This document shows, one piece after another, positions 45,079-59,839 of a DNA stretch of 64,000 nt (the stretch's first letter is position 1; each line of letters starts with the position of its first letter). This DNA comes from Eledone cirrhosa (lineage: Eukaryota). A program made the translations under genes and the position numbers. The stretch covers positions 166,284,001 to 166,348,000 of the forward strand of contig OZ024740.1 of the NCBI GenBank assembly GCA_964016885.1, in the 5' to 3' direction. The notes beneath the pieces were generated by a model that ran no database searches, had not been told where the DNA came from, and saw nothing but the letters and a program-made list of their open reading frames with translations.

Positions 45079-46978
45079 GGCCTGTGTTTCTAATTATTAT
45101 ATAAATGTTTAACCAAATTTAAAAGTTCAAGATATTTAATCCCTGACAATTGTTTCCTCCCATAGGAATATACCACCAACATCAAGTTATTTCATTTAAC
45201 AATTTGCTATTAGTTAGCATAAACCATGAAAGCCATCAGAGTTTAATTAAAATCAAAACGATAAATACAATATCAATACAAGGAGAATGTATATATATAC
45301 ATATAACCAGAGGTTGACTGGCCAGCTTGCCAGGTTGGCCAATGGCAAGTGGGCCCCAGGAGGCCCATGGCAGCATAACAGTAACCCACTGTAGTATTTT
45401 AGGAGCCTATGACTTGTTTTCAAAAATATCTTTAAAAATAAGTCTGAATGAGAGAATAATTTAAAATGAATAAATAAACAAATAAGCAAACCAATTGGTT
45501 AAACAATACTCTAGGGCACAGGTTCTCAACCCATTTAGGCCATTTTGTCCCTCGAAATGACGAAACGCCCCCTACCCTATTTTTCCATTTTTTTAAATAC
45601 TACTGATTTTGATATTAGTAGATTACTAAAAAATTAACAATATTACAAAGATACCATTGCAGGCAGCTGAGAGTATAAATACATTCCTTGAAAGGAAATA
45701 TATAAATTTCAAAAAAAGGAACATAAATGTTCTTTTTTATGAATAAGGACCAGTTGAATTTGTTATATTCCCACCAGGCGTTACCAGCTATTTTGAACAT
45801 TTATACAAGAGCAACTCTGTCTGGCCAATGAGTGCTCTTATCTGGAAGAAAGTGGCAATTATTTCCTTTCAAAGCTTTCCAATTTTCCCTTTAATGAAAC
45901 GGACAGAATAAATGTCGATATCTAACTTGATGTCCCCTCTGCTTTGTGAGCTTAGAGACCACAGAAGAGGGTTTTCATGACCACGCGGGAGGGTATATTT
46001 TTTAGTAAATGGTAAAATATATACAACAAATGAGTAATTTAATTGTAGTAGATGGTTTCCCATCCAGTCAGACTGCAACTACAAATTAAAAAATTGTTAG
46101 TTTGCTTTGTAAAAATATCATATCTAAGTTTTCGGATAAATCAACTTACTTTAAATTTGACCTCATTTCAATGGGACCTTTGAGCTTCATGGAGTCTAGC
46201 TAACTCTTTGATGCCAGGCTGGATTTTCGTAAGATGTAGCCGGAGATCTCCATGTGTAATTACATTGTAGCGGTTGCGACCCTTACTGTGCAGTCTGGAA
46301 ACAGCACCAAACCCCCTCTCGACTAAGTATGAGCTTGGAAAAGCAGAGCAAATCTCTTAGCCTCTGTTTGTAGGAGTGGAATCGACGCTGAATTTCCTCT
46401 TGCATCCCCAAAAGTAGTTCACCTATTTTGGGAAATCTAATTTTGATCATGTCATCTGCTTGAAGTTCAATGAATTCTTCCTGAAATTTAATGTCCAAAT
46501 CATCAACGTTAGCTATGAAGGGATCTGCTACCCACATTGGGATGTCCATCGGCAAAAGGTCGATAAACCATTCTCTCATGTTGTCTTATAGCGCACGGAG
46601 GTGATTGGTATAAATTTGGAGTTAGTCATCGCTTACAATGTTTTGAACATTGGCGACACTAGAAAAATTATAGAATTCCCGTCAACAAAGATTCCTTTCG
46701 ATGACATTCAATTTGGCCAGGAATGTTTTTACAGCATTCCTTGCTTTAAGCAAGGTGATCTTCTTCCATTGCATTTGTCGAAGATGTCGGTGAGTTAGGC
46801 ACAGTCTTGCCTCACATCGAGGATTTTCTTGTACAGTTCTGTGTTGGGTCCTCGAAGAAACTCAATGATAGAGTCGAACAGTTTAAAGAAGCGAGTAAGG
46901 CACTTGCCCTTTGAAAGCCACCTCACTTCAGTATGAAGGATCAACTTGACAAATTCTTCATCATTATCTTGGTACAGT

Positions 46979-47156
46979 GGATTGGCAGTATCGGTAGAGG
47001 GTCGGACGCCATGCTTTCCAGCACAGTTACGTCCCTTTACGATCTAAGTTCAAATCCCGCCGAGGTTGACTTTGCCTTTCAACCTTACGGGGTCAATAAA
47101 ATAAAGTACCAGTAATGCACTGGGTAATTGCTGGCCTTGTGCCTAAAGTAGAAACA
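46979..47156 (+). mobile_element. tRNA-derived SINE with 16-bp TSD
   Basis: TSD attatcttggtacagt at 46963 and 47157. Confidence 0.92.
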
Positions 47157-47302
47157 ATTATCTTGGTACAGTTGCCGGAAAATTCGTTCATTGAGGGAAT
47201 GCCGTTTGATAAAATTGATGACATCAATGACCACCTGCAAGGACTTGCTCAGCGGCTTGCTGAGTTTCTTCGCAGCAAAGTGTTGTCGATGAATGACATA
47301 AT

Positions 47303-47495
47303 TGTTTCAACTTTTGGCACAGGGCCAGCAATTACCCAGTTAATTACTGGCACTTTATTTTATCGACACCATAAGGATGAAAGACAAAGTTAACCTCTCG
47401 GCGGGATTTGAAATCAGAATGGCAAGGGCCGTAACTCTATGCGTCAAAGCGTGGCGTCCGACCCTCTACCGATACTGCCAATCCACCATCCTCTA
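47303..47495 (-). mobile_element. tRNA-derived SINE
   Basis: Reverse complement of the family; flanked by gatgaatgacataat. Confidence 0.9.
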
Positions 47496-47630
47496 AATGA
47501 TGAATGACATAATGTCGATGAATGACATAATGAACAGCAAATACAGATAGAGTTTCTCTCTTCAGAAGAGTGACAAAACCCTTATGTTGGCCGACCATTG
47601 CTCTTGCGTCGTCCGTAGCAGATGATACAA

Positions 47631-48062
47631 TGTGTGTTGTATGTGGTCCTAGATGTATGTATTACCTGCTTATGTATTACATGTGGTCACAGCTGTATGT
47701 AATACCTGCTTGTGTGTTGTATGTGTTCCTAATCTGTGTATTACCTCCTTATGTATTGTATGTGGTCCTAGATGTATGTATTACCTGATTAGGTGGTGTA
47801 TGTGGTCCTAGATGTTTGTATTACCTGATTATGTGTTGTATATGATCCTAGATATATGTATTACCTGCTTATGTGTTCTAGATGTTTGTATTACCTGACT
47901 GTGTTGTATGTGGTCCTAGATGTGTGTATTACCTGATTATGTGTTGTATGTGGTCCTAGATGTGTGTGTATTACCTTCTTATGTGTTGTATGTAGTCCTA
48001 GATGTGTGATATTATCTGAGTATGTGTTGTATGTGGTCCTAGATGTGTGTGCTACCCGTTTG
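47631..48062. repeat. Minisatellite, unit of about 40 bp, about 11 copies
   Basis: tgtgttgtatgtggtcctagatgtgtgtattacctgatta repeated. Confidence 0.92.
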
Positions 48063-48138
48063 TGTTATTTCTTTTCTTTTTTATTTGTAATATTATTTAT
48101 ACAATAGGGAATTTATTCAATGGGTTGTTTATACAATA

Positions 48139-48712
48139 GGCTGTTTGTTTACAAACAAACCGAACATGACAATAAATGTTCGGTAAACCGATACGTACAT
48201 ATATATATGTGTGGATGTATGTATATATATATATATACTACGGTACGTCTGTATACATATATGTATGTACGTACAGATACTTACATTTAAGTATCAGCCG
48301 TACTAAGAGTGAGAACTGAAATTTCGTTTCATTCTTTTCCATTTATCGTTTTCGGTACGCCCGGCCGACTAACTCACTCGATATGCAAATTAGGCTGCTC
48401 AGTCGTTAATATGCATAAGGAAAGTATATACTATCAAACGTTCAATCATCTGACAGGAAGGTATACTGTGCTGATGACAGCTAATAAGCTTGAAACTAGT
48501 ACATCGTTCCTGTGTCAGTGTTGAACAAAAAGGTGACGATGTTTGCCGAACACTGTACTGCTTAATTTGGGCTGTTTGTTTACAAACAAACCGAACATTA
48601 TAATAAATGTTCGGTAAACTCATACGTACATATATATATGTGTACATGTATGTATATATACATACTACTGTACGTCTGTATACATATTTGTATGTACATA
48701 TACATACTTATA
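48139..48712 (+). mobile_element. Retrozyme-like element, family F, 431-bp tandem unit
   Basis: ggctgtttgtttacaaacaaaccgaacat at 48139 and 48570; HHR at 48468-48504; more copies at 51397-51543 and 57020-57329. Confidence 0.75.
48468..48504 (+). ncRNA. Minimal type I HHR (family F); second copy at 57023-57059
   Basis: gtg-CTGATGA-cAGCTaataAGCTt-GAAA-CTAG-TA-cat; palindromic ACTAGT stem III; weak stem I. Confidence 0.7.
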
Positions 48713-48804
48713 TATATATATATATATTGTTATACTTTGGGAGGGTCATGTTGCCAATAAGAAACACACCCACCAGTTGCTTTCCACTTCAATTTATTAT
48801 AATA

Positions 48805-49197
48805 AATTTATAAATTTCCGGTTGGTTGGTTGGTTCCACAACCAGATGGTTGTTTATATATCGTCAAAGTTCTTTCGTCACACATTCTGTGACCTCTTCA
48901 GTGACTGGAGGTTCTTTTCTTTGTTTTTTGTGCCTCTCCTTTGTTCTGTCCTACGCCATCTTGTTTTCAAACAAGATGGCGTAGGACAGAACAATAGAGA
49001 GGCACAAAAAATAGAGAAAAGAACCTCCAGTCACTGAAGAGGTCACAGAATGTGTGACGAAAGAACTTTGACAATATATAAAGAACCATCTGGTTGTGGA
49101 ACCAACCAACCAACCGGAAATTTATAAATTCCTAAATATCGGTTTCAACACACGTTTTCAGATAAAGAATCTTGCTAAACAAATTCAGAAACGAAAT
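48805..49197 (+). mobile_element. Fold-back PLE-type fragment, family G
   Basis: 48805-48966 is inverted at 48969-49130, then a tail and (TA)n. Confidence 0.8.
49030..49072 (+). ncRNA. Minimal type I HHR-like motif (family G)
   Basis: gtca-CTGAAGA-gGTCACagaatgtGTGAC-GAAA-GAAC-TT-tgac. Confidence 0.6.
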
Positions 49198-49204
49198 ATA
49201 TATA

Positions 49205-50102
49205 TATATTTATATATATATAATAGACTATATGTGTGTCTCTGTGTCTGTTTCCACATAACGTCTACAACTTGCAACCGATTTTCTTCACATTTGGCAC
49301 AAACATGTGATATACCCCTGCTCTTCTTACGAACGCATTACATTTTCAAATGTCTGTCTATTGCGCCCACTATAAGAGAAAAACCGACTCAGAAAAATGT
49401 TGACAATAACTTCTACAATTTACATCCATTTCCTTTAAATTTAGAACACACATGCATTATGTTCCAGACTTTATTTTGGACTCATAACAGTTTGTTTACT
49501 GCACCACTATGCCTCATGTACCAAACATTATTTTGGACTAATCGATTTTTCGAGTTTTCTTTATCTAATTCGGGTCCTGTGTGCGAAAAACTAAATTAAA
49601 AAAATATCAAGTCAATAACTTCTAGAGTTTGCGGCCGATTTTATTCAAATTTGCCCCAATTATACATTCTGTTCTGTTTAATATTTTTCACTCATAAAAG
49701 TTTTGTAGGTTTGCCTACTGTAGCCCCTAGCAACGGAAAATCAACTCAAACGACCACCTCAATTGCATGATTTACTGCTTGGTCCATGGGATTTTTTATC
49801 CACTGACATAGCATGTGATTCACAGATGTTTACTATAATGGGTGCATTTAATAAGACGTCGGTTGTACCAGAAAAAGCTTAATTATTGAAAAAGAGTCAG
49901 AACGGATCTATTGAAAAAAGACCTGCCAACTCCGGGTGTTACTGGTTTTTTTTTTTTTCACCAAAGAAGTAGGTCACAAACTACAACCTATGTTTCCGCT
50001 CCATATGCACAACTCACAATCATATTTGATTTTTTATTTATGCGTGTTACTAGACTTTTGAAGTTTCATTTTTCCAATCCCATGCAACGCTGGACTCCAC
50101 TG

Positions 50103-50105
<3 letters not shown>
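49205..50105 (+). mobile_element. Non-autonomous Helitron-like element
   Basis: 5' tatataat..(gtgt/ctgt) tract, repeated ccgatttt..aaatttg motifs, 3' ccatgcaacgctgg...ctgcta. Confidence 0.5.
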
Positions 50106-50160
<55 letters not shown>

Positions 50161-50473
50161 TGACCTGTTAGCGACTACGGAAGCGAGCGGAAACTACCTA
50201 CGTGGTTGTTTATGATTTACATAGTAAGCTATGTATCTAAGACGAAGGTAGGCTGTAAATAAAATAAGAATTTAAAAAAATAGTAATAATAAGTTAACCA
50301 CAATATACTGTTGTTCTTATGTACCATACTTATAAATCGTTATTATAACCATATAAGTTTGGTTGGCTGGACACATACATGAGTGCATATATACATACAC
50401 ACACATACACACAGGTACGTTCCATACATTACACACATACATACACGCACGCACAATTTTACTAGAGTTTATA

Positions 50474-51396
50474 TCTCTCTCTATATAACATTTTTTGTCT
50501 CTCTGTCTGTCTGTCTGTCTGTTCCTATGCATTCTCTAACGGCTGGACCTAATCAAACCATATTTTACAAGGTTAATAGCATTAGACCCCGGGAGTGTCA
50601 ACAAGTAATTTTTATTTTTATTTGGATTAAAACAATATAATATTTCATCCAAAATATTATTTTTATAGTGAACTATAGTAAACCACGACGACAACGACGA
50701 CGACTCACACTTTGTATATGAGCGTGTATGTGTCTGTGAGTGTGTGTGAGTGTGTGTGTGTGTGTGTTTTTTTTGTTATGTGCGTGTGTGCATGTGTGTG
50801 TTTGTTATGTATGTTAGGCCTCAGAGAATTAAACACTCACAATTCTACAATACATACACATAATGTGTATGAGTGTATGTGTTGACTGAAATAATGATAT
50901 TTTCTTTAGTCAACTATAGTAAAGCACAACCACCAACACGACAACGTCACATTTTGTATATGACTGTGCACACAGACAAATACACACACACATCTACACA
51001 TACAAATAGATATGTGATGACAGACAGATGTGCATGAATGTATATCTGCGTGTGTCTGTCTTAGTATATGTGTGTATGTAAGAGTGTGTGTGAGTGTATG
51101 TGTGTGTGAGTGAGTGTATGTGCGTGTGAGTGTATGTGTGATACTTTTTATTTTCATTTGGATTAAAAATATAGGACGTCACGTTCCACAATGAATATTG
51201 GTTACCCTAAGGTGCTTCAATATTGACAGATTTTCATTGCTATATTCTATTATTACAATATTGATATTTAAAAAAATAAAATATATATATTAATTATGAG
51301 AAAAATATCTTCATATTTATTGTTTACTAATCTGAATAAGACCAGCAGTAACCCTGGACAATTCAGTACCAAGCAACGCCGGGTAATTCAGCTAGT
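50474..51396 (+). mobile_element. Non-autonomous Helitron-like element
   Basis: 5' TC..tatataa, (CTGT)n, 3' gcaacgccgggtaattcagCTAG followed by T. Confidence 0.6.
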
Positions 51397-51540
51397 ATAT
51401 ATATGTGTGCATGTATGTATATATATACATACTACTGTGCGTCTGTATACATATATGTATGTACGTGTACATACATACATACTTACATTTAAGTAGCTGC
51501 CGCACTAAAAGTGAGAAATGAAATTTCGTTTCATTCTATT

Positions 51541-51585
<45 letters not shown>

Positions 51586-51594
<9 letters not shown>

Positions 51595-51773
51595 GAGGTT
51601 TTCTTAAATAAAAAAAAACGAGATGTCCTACACGGGTGAAAGTCTAAGGAAAAGAAATCGAAAATGCAACTGGAGTCTTTTTTAAAATATTTATTTATTT
51701 TCCTTACCATTTTCACGGTTCTCATGCTTTTCAAAAGTAGAATTAAGATGGAGAGTTTGTGGTTTGTCTCGCA

Positions 51774-51778
<5 letters not shown>
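51586..51778 (-). mobile_element. Older family B pLTR fragment with decayed HHR
   Basis: Homologous to 3600-3816; TA-flanked. Confidence 0.8.
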
Positions 51779-51810
<32 letters not shown>

Positions 51811-52059
51811 CAAAACACACATAAATGTGTCTCTTATAGATCAGTATTGTCACGTCTATAGGTTACTAACTTCTTTCGATTAAAACCTTCACCTGTATGG
51901 TATTTAAGAAGTGACATTCGGCATTTCTTGTCAATCTTACATGACATTCGCAGTATATGTTACATTTTCTGCTTTCTTAAATCATAAATACATACCTTCA
52001 CCCGTGACATTAAGCATACAAAATTGTTTATTATTATTATTATTATTATTATTATGTTC

Positions 52060-52185
52060 CTTTACGGTCTGAGTTCAAATCCCGCCGAGGTTAACTTTGC
52101 TTTTCATCTTTACGGGGTCGATAAAATAAAGTACCAGTAATGTACTGAGTAATTGTTGGCCTTGTGCCAAAAGTATAAACAATTA
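52060..52185 (+). mobile_element. 5'-truncated SINE; other diverged copies at 52676-52855, 54250-54355, 55100-55305, 55685-55830 and 58930-59020
   Basis: gagttcaaatcccgccgaggttaactttgc core. Confidence 0.85.
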
Positions 52186-52199
52186 TTATTATTATTACT

Positions 52200-52650
52200 A
52201 TTATTGGAGTCTCAGTCATTGATGTTATTTAACTGGAATGTTTGTTCAAATGAACATCAAGCCGCTACCTGCAGCTTCATATATTCAGGACATATCCGAG
52301 GGTTCTTGCTGTTCCCAGCATGCATGCCTTTTGAAGTGTACCAAAAAGGGGCCTGGACTAATGTTCATTAACCATACTTGAAAACTCTTTGAGATAGTAC
52401 CTAGTGTTCCTATGACAATCGGTACGACCTTGATCTCATGACAGTCCCAAATCCTTTAAAACTCCCTCTTTAAATACTGGTATAGGTTAATTTTCTCCTC
52501 CTTTTTTTGCACTCTTGTGCCAAAGGGGCAGGCTACATCTACAATCAGGCACAATCTTTTTTTTATTTTTCAGGCCCCTTTTTTTTCTAATTTCGTGTCT
52601 GTCTGTATCCTAAATTCCCATAGCACCTTCACTTGATCGTTTTCTACTAT
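52200..52650 (-). mobile_element. R4/Dong-type LINE 3' fragment (RLE domain) ending near (TAA)n
   Basis: KVLWEFRIQTD...CLIVDVACPF...EKINLYQYLKRE..RIW...VVPIVIGTLG. Confidence 0.8.
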
Positions 52651-53222
52651 TATCATCATCATCATCATCATCAAGGGTGGTGGATTGTCAGTACCGATAG
52701 ACCGACGGAAAACATGCTTCGTGTTCTGAGTTCAAATCCCGACGAGGTTAGATTTGCCTTTCATCATTACGGGGTTGATCAAATAAAGCACAAATAATGC
52801 ACTGGGGTCGATTTAATCGACTTTGCCTCCCTCCCTAAACTAGAAACAATTATTATTGTTGGCGACTTACTTGTGAAGTCGCGTTATTGTGCACCCCGAA
52901 CGGTTTGTTGTTTTCAGTTGTTTTGCATTGCTAGTTTTGGAAAATGTTTGATGTTATCTGTTGATTAGTTCATATATATTGCACTCTAAAAGGAACATGC
53001 CATGGTCGAAATTCTTTGTTAAAAAAAAAAATTGTCAAAATATAATGACAGAATACAACCCCAGAGTTAAGCCAGCTGCCACGTGGCAGTGACTCAAACC
53101 TCAATATCCCCCCCCCCCCTACCAACATTGTGAGATTTTATACCATTGTCAAAACTTCAGACAGCATCGTTGACAACGACACTAACAATAACCAACATTT
53201 ATCCTGTGCAGTAACTGCTTAC

Positions 53223-53440
53223 AAAATAGATTTTCCACCTTTGCCAATATTTTCCAAAGTGAACGCCGCCATTCCCATCACCACAATGCCGGAATGCAGG
53301 TCCAAAACCAGTAACATGAAGAACAAGATTTTGACCAAGGTGTTAGCGACGTGATTGACGCTTGTCGTCGGGAGTCTCGTGGGAGATGCGCAGACCTGTG
53401 TCATCCCAGCCAGATCCATCCGCTGCAACCTCCACCTCAT
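53223..53440 (-). CDS. Candidate first coding exon of a secreted or membrane protein
   Basis: MRWRLQ...ILFFMLLVLDLHSGIVVMG hydrophobic stretch, TT|GTAAGC donor, CpG-rich context; product not recognised. Confidence 0.45.
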
Positions 53441-53818
53441 GCGACGTATATTGGAGAGGGTAGCTAAGGAACCTGGTACGTGATGAAGGCTTTAGATAGG
53501 GTCGCCCAATGGTACCGGAGGGCGGCCGACTTCGGGCCCCTCTTCTGTGTCTGGATCGCTGCCATGCACAGCGACATCTTCTCTGGAGCATTTCCTCTTT
53601 TGCGTTTTGTAGAAGGGACGCGCTTCGATGGTCAGGTTGTCGATCCGTTGTCAACACCGGCTACGTGGAGAGCTGAACATGCCGTGGCTAATGACGCGCA
53701 AACATGCGCTGAGACTACGACATCTCTAACTCTTCCTTGACTGTGAACAGGTGTGGTCGCCATTCGCTAAGCGCGTTTTATCCCTGCTCGTTTCCTTGAT
53801 GGAGCTGCAGTCCTGCGT

Positions 53819-53862
<44 letters not shown>

Positions 53863-53865
53863 TTT
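53441..53865 (-). promoter_or_regulatory. CpG-rich putative 5' UTR/promoter with a (GA)n tract and a CRE-like TGACGCA
   Basis: Local GC/CpG enrichment upstream of the candidate exon. Confidence 0.35.
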
Positions 53866-56840
53866 GGAGACTGTTTCAATCGATTTCAGTATTTTGTCTG
53901 TAATCCACCAGGTTTCACTTAGTGGAGAGCTTCTCTTTTTGGATTACGAGTATTTACAAATAAAGGGACTTACACTTTTTGGAGGTCTGTCACACTCAGG
54001 TCAGGCGAAACTGTTTGTTTTATAAACATAGATATGTTTTTGGTATCATTTGGACACGCAGATAGCAACGAACTGGAAATCTCTCGAATCCATTGATGAA
54101 AAAAAAAGATTTACACAAAATATAAAAGAAAAGAAGCAATCCATAATGGACAAACATTCATTTTCTTAGTATATAAAAAACAATTATTATTCTATAAACA
54201 TTATAGATACTAATGACAATTTCTAATATTCGAACAATACCATCAATATGGGGGAAAGTCAATAATTCAAACTTCATTACTTAACAGGTATTTTATTTTA
54301 TCGAAACCTGAAGAAGGAAAGTCAATGTTAATCTTTGCGGGATTAGAACAAGATTCTCGGAAGTCATAACTAAATACCTCAAAGTCCGAGACTTTAGGGA
54401 CTAAAAGTCTATTTAAACTCGGTAGGATTTGAAGTTAGAGAGTTGAAATGAACCCTTAAAAATTATATTCGATGTTCTTTACAATTTTGCCAGTTCGACG
54501 TTTTGCTCAATACTATTTTTTATGGGCTGAGGAGAATTACGTTTTAATGGTAGTTATAATGGAACAGTTGTCATCGACATATAGTTATCATCATCTGATG
54601 CAGAAGCAGTAACAACGGCGGGCCCTTCCCTAATACTATGATGACATCGTTCAAGAATGTTTCGTAGAAGACTGGCACTAATAGAAAAATACCAAGTTCA
54701 GATATTTTAAACAATACGTATTAAATGTACTGTTTACACTAACTCAGAACACGAGCACAATTACCCTTACAACAAATATCTGCCGGGTGATAATGTTTGA
54801 AATTTCTATTGAGCTATAGCGAGTGTTACAGGAAGTATATGCGTAAATAATGACGACCACCCCAGTAACATCTAATCGAATTCCATTCATTATCTACTGC
54901 ACAAACAGTTGTAAAATTGTTAACTAAAAACGTCATTGAAAAATGTATGAATAACCAACGCTGGAGCAAGCAGATAAGGCCTGGGTTTAACCGATTAAAT
55001 ATTACAAAAAGTTACATATTAGGCGATATAATATTTCAGCGCTAATAAAGCATAGAATAGTCGAATATGAATTCTTTTTTTATTGTATATAGGGCTAGAG
55101 CAGTGGATTAACAGAATCGCTAGAGCGTTGGACACCTTGCTTTGCAGAATAGAGTTACAGCCCTTTACGTTATGAATTCAAATCCCGTTGAGATTAGCTT
55201 TGGCTTTCATTCTTACGGAGTCGATAAAATAAAACACAAGTAATGCACATGAGTCGATTTAATCGACTTTCCCCCTCCCCTAAAATTGTTAGCCTTGTGC
55301 TTAAATCAATATCAAAACACACACACACACTTAGGAATGGCATAAAGTAAAATTCCCATAATAGGATGTTTTCGTTTTTATAATTTAGTCAGAAAGAAGG
55401 AATATATGCTTTTAGGGCCCCTAAAAGGTATCCTTAAAGGTAGCCTGAAAGGTATCCTGAAAGGTATCCTTAAACCTGAGCCTTGCACTGAATGCTCGCA
55501 ACTGGGTGACGTACACTAAAGGCATTTCAATGCAATGTGTTATTGTTAAATATGGGAATTGATAAAGTCTATCACCATAGCAGATCACAGCATAATTTGA
55601 ACTCAGAACGGAAAGAATCGGGACAGATTCCACACGGCACCATGTCCATCTATTTGCTAATCCTCCAGTCCATTTCATTAGAATGGTAATTTATTTATCC
55701 ACCCCGAAAGGATGAACGACAAAGTTGAAATCCGTGGGATTTAAACTCAAACTACAAAAAAACAAAACAAACACAATACGCAATGTGTTTAATATGCATG
55801 CATTAACGATTCTGCTAATTCTTCGCCCAAATATTTCGATTACAAATCTATTTCTCATGCTTCCTCTCAGTCACTCCCCCCCCTCTCTGAGTATCAGCAA
55901 TATAACTGAAGTGAGTTCTCATCCAATTAAAGAAGAAACTGGATTGTGGATTCCCGACATCTTGTCCTCTTCTTTGTTATATATATCTGCTTAGGATTTC
56001 TTGAAATCAGAATAGAAACACACCTGTTTAGCTACTAAATGATCTATTTCGTCGTGCAACCTGCAAGAAATAGATACCAAATTCACTTCAAATCACATCA
56101 TAACATCTTAAACGAGGGGCGACATATTAGATAATAGGATTTTAGATGCATTATATCTGAATGTTTAGATTAGGCCTCTGGACACAAGGTTGCTCAACAC
56201 ATATTGAGGTACGATCAATTAACAATAAACCAATGTGATGATGTCTGCGCCGCTATACAAACAGATAGAAATAGTAAATGAATCTCACTCCACTCTCTTA
56301 AATAAAGCATAAATTAGAAAATGCATACATTATCATTCCACAAAGGTAGCTTGCTAACGACTTGAACGAATTTTATGATAGGTTGGTTTCGTTGGGGAAT
56401 TACTTGTGATAAAAACCTGTTCATTAATTTAGGTTTGAATTTGGGCCCTAAACGAATTTCTGAAACGTCTTTATTTCAGAGTTTCTGTAGATTGATGTTA
56501 CTTTCTGTATGTTACTAAAGTTTCACAGATACACCATATGATTCAATAATATATTTTATAGAAATTAACTACTGATTGGCATTGTATCGAATAATGTAAT
56601 CCCACAAACCACTAGGATGTGATTCGAACCGCCATTGAAGCACTTTAGGCAAAAATAACTTTTGAACGATAGCCACAAGTATTGGTATTTAGGTTCCCGA
56701 CATTTCGTAAGAAATAAAAAATACTAATTTTATATCGTTAAACGTGGAAAACAGGACGAAGAAAGAGTAAAATAAATGCTGTAGAAAAGTATTCAATACA
56801 CACTAAGCTCTCAGTAAATATAAATCAACGATTTCTCCTG

Positions 56841-56886
<46 letters not shown>

Positions 56887-57328
56887 TGAAATTCTTACTC
56901 TGCCACCACCACAAGGCCACTGGCAGGGCGACTAGCAGTAAACTATAACCGTGTCATATTATAGACCTGGATGGGGTGATTGTTTCGTTGGGGTGTGGGG
57001 GGACCTGCCTAGGCGAGTTTCGTTGCTGACGATAGCTAATAAGCTTGAAACTAGTACATCCTTCATTTGTCAGTGTTGAACAAATAAGCAACGATGGTTG
57101 CTAGACACTGTACGGCTTAATTCGGGATGTTTGTTTACAAACACACCGAGCATTATAATAAATGTTCGGTGAATCCATACGTACATATATTATGTATGCA
57201 TGTATGTATATATATATATACATACTACTGTACGTCTGTATAAATATATGTATGTACGTATACATACTTATATTTAAGTAACAGCCGTACTAAGTGTGAG
57301 AAATGAAATTTCGTTTCATTTTTTTCCG

Positions 57329-58300
<972 letters not shown>

Positions 58301-59481
58301 CGAGAGAGAACTAATTTCCTGGAACTCTTACAATGGTTTAGAAATAGAATAGATTTAGAGTTAGTAGGCGTATGTATTTTTATTTGGTCCGCGTATCAGT
58401 AGAGAACTTCATACGACGAGGAAAATTATTGGCAGACAGATGTCATTAGAAGAGTTTTATAAAGGAAGAAAACAAACGGAGATATTATTATATCCATACT
58501 AAATATAGTTGTTTTACATGAATATAAACATCTATATATAGATCGTACCAAAATATTTGTTTAACTACTTCATATGCCTCATCTATCTATGAAAGCTATT
58601 AAAAAATCGAAGAAAATTGATTGCTTCACATTGTTACTATATATAAGTAACTCATTAACAAATATAGCAACGCAATATCTTGGTGGAGCATATACAATTA
58701 CACACAAAATCTTTTACGAGAACTATTAAGATTCATATTTGTTGAATTAGGAAATATATTATCGTATAACTTATATTATATAAATGATATATCTACAAAT
58801 CTAATGATATGGGTTTAATTATAGCAGAATTAGAAATTATGGTGAATTGGCAGAGACATGAGAGCATCAGAAAAATGATTATCAGTATTTGTCCCGACTC
58901 TTTATATTCTGAGGACATATAAATCCAAGAGTATCCGTTCGAGTTCGATAAAATTAAGGACAAATCAAACACTGGGGCCGATTTCCCTTTACCCACCAAA
59001 ATTGTTGGCCTTATGCCCAAATTAGTTGTGATAGTAGTGGATTCTGTTGTACAATCAGGTCAATATTGATTGAGGAAATATATGATCAACAACCGGGACC
59101 ATCAAAGATCATTAGAGATGACGGTGTCTATATCATTCAGGGCATAATTTCTTGTTTAACGTTGTAGGGTTAGATTTGAGGTAAATGGGGCTGGTTTTTT
59201 TCACTGGTTGATTTACTATGTACCTTTTCCTATATTGCCTCATGATACATTCATCTTTAAGGGAGATAGTGTATAGAATATTTTAAACTAAGATCTTCTA
59301 AAGTGATCTAGGTTATGATGCATTTATTTATTATCTCTCCAATTTTATCTGCAGATTTGTCAAATATTTTGTATATAGGGTCCTATTTCGAACATAAAGA
59401 ACCCAATGACTTGCATCCCCATGTATGGAGTACGTTCGTCTTATGTAGCACTTACGTATTTATGGATGTATATCCCTCCCC

Positions 59482-59517
<36 letters not shown>

Positions 59518-59751
59518 TATGAAGAGAGAAGAAACATTTAGATATAATTAGTAATAAAATTAATCATACCTAAACTGTTCCTAAATTCCTCGACTACGTA
59601 GTTTCGTGGCATAAACAAAAACAATATATCAAAGATAAGAGGCTTAGCTCTGTTTCTCGACCGTTATATCGCGTGACTATCTCCCCCTCCGCCTTTTGGG
59701 ATTCTTTCTCACGTCGTGTAGACGCGTTCTTGAGACTAGTAAAATGAGGTA

Positions 59752-59839
59752 TCCTCTTGATAAGTCGGCAGACCTCGCAAGGACTCTATATCTTTGATAT
59801 ATTGTTTTTGTTTATGCCACGAAACTACGTAGTCGAGGA
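59752..59839 (+). ncRNA. Type I HHR, U3-A8 variant with long stem II (family H, copy 1)
   Basis: tcctc-TTGATAA-GTcGGCA...TGCCAC-GAAA-CTACGTAG-TC-gagga. Confidence 0.82.

Larger units (their letters stand above)
45517..47625 (-). pseudogene. Decayed hAT (Buster/Charlie-type) transposase split by two SINEs
   Basis: Minus strand gives TDDARAMVGQHKGFV, HYVIHRQHFAAKKL, HTEVRWLSKGKCLTRF and SSYLVERGF; TIR-like caggttctcaacc at 45518. Confidence 0.85.

Noticed and set aside
47631-48062. CRISPR-like array
   Set aside because: Head-to-tail minisatellite with no unique spacers, in a eukaryotic context.
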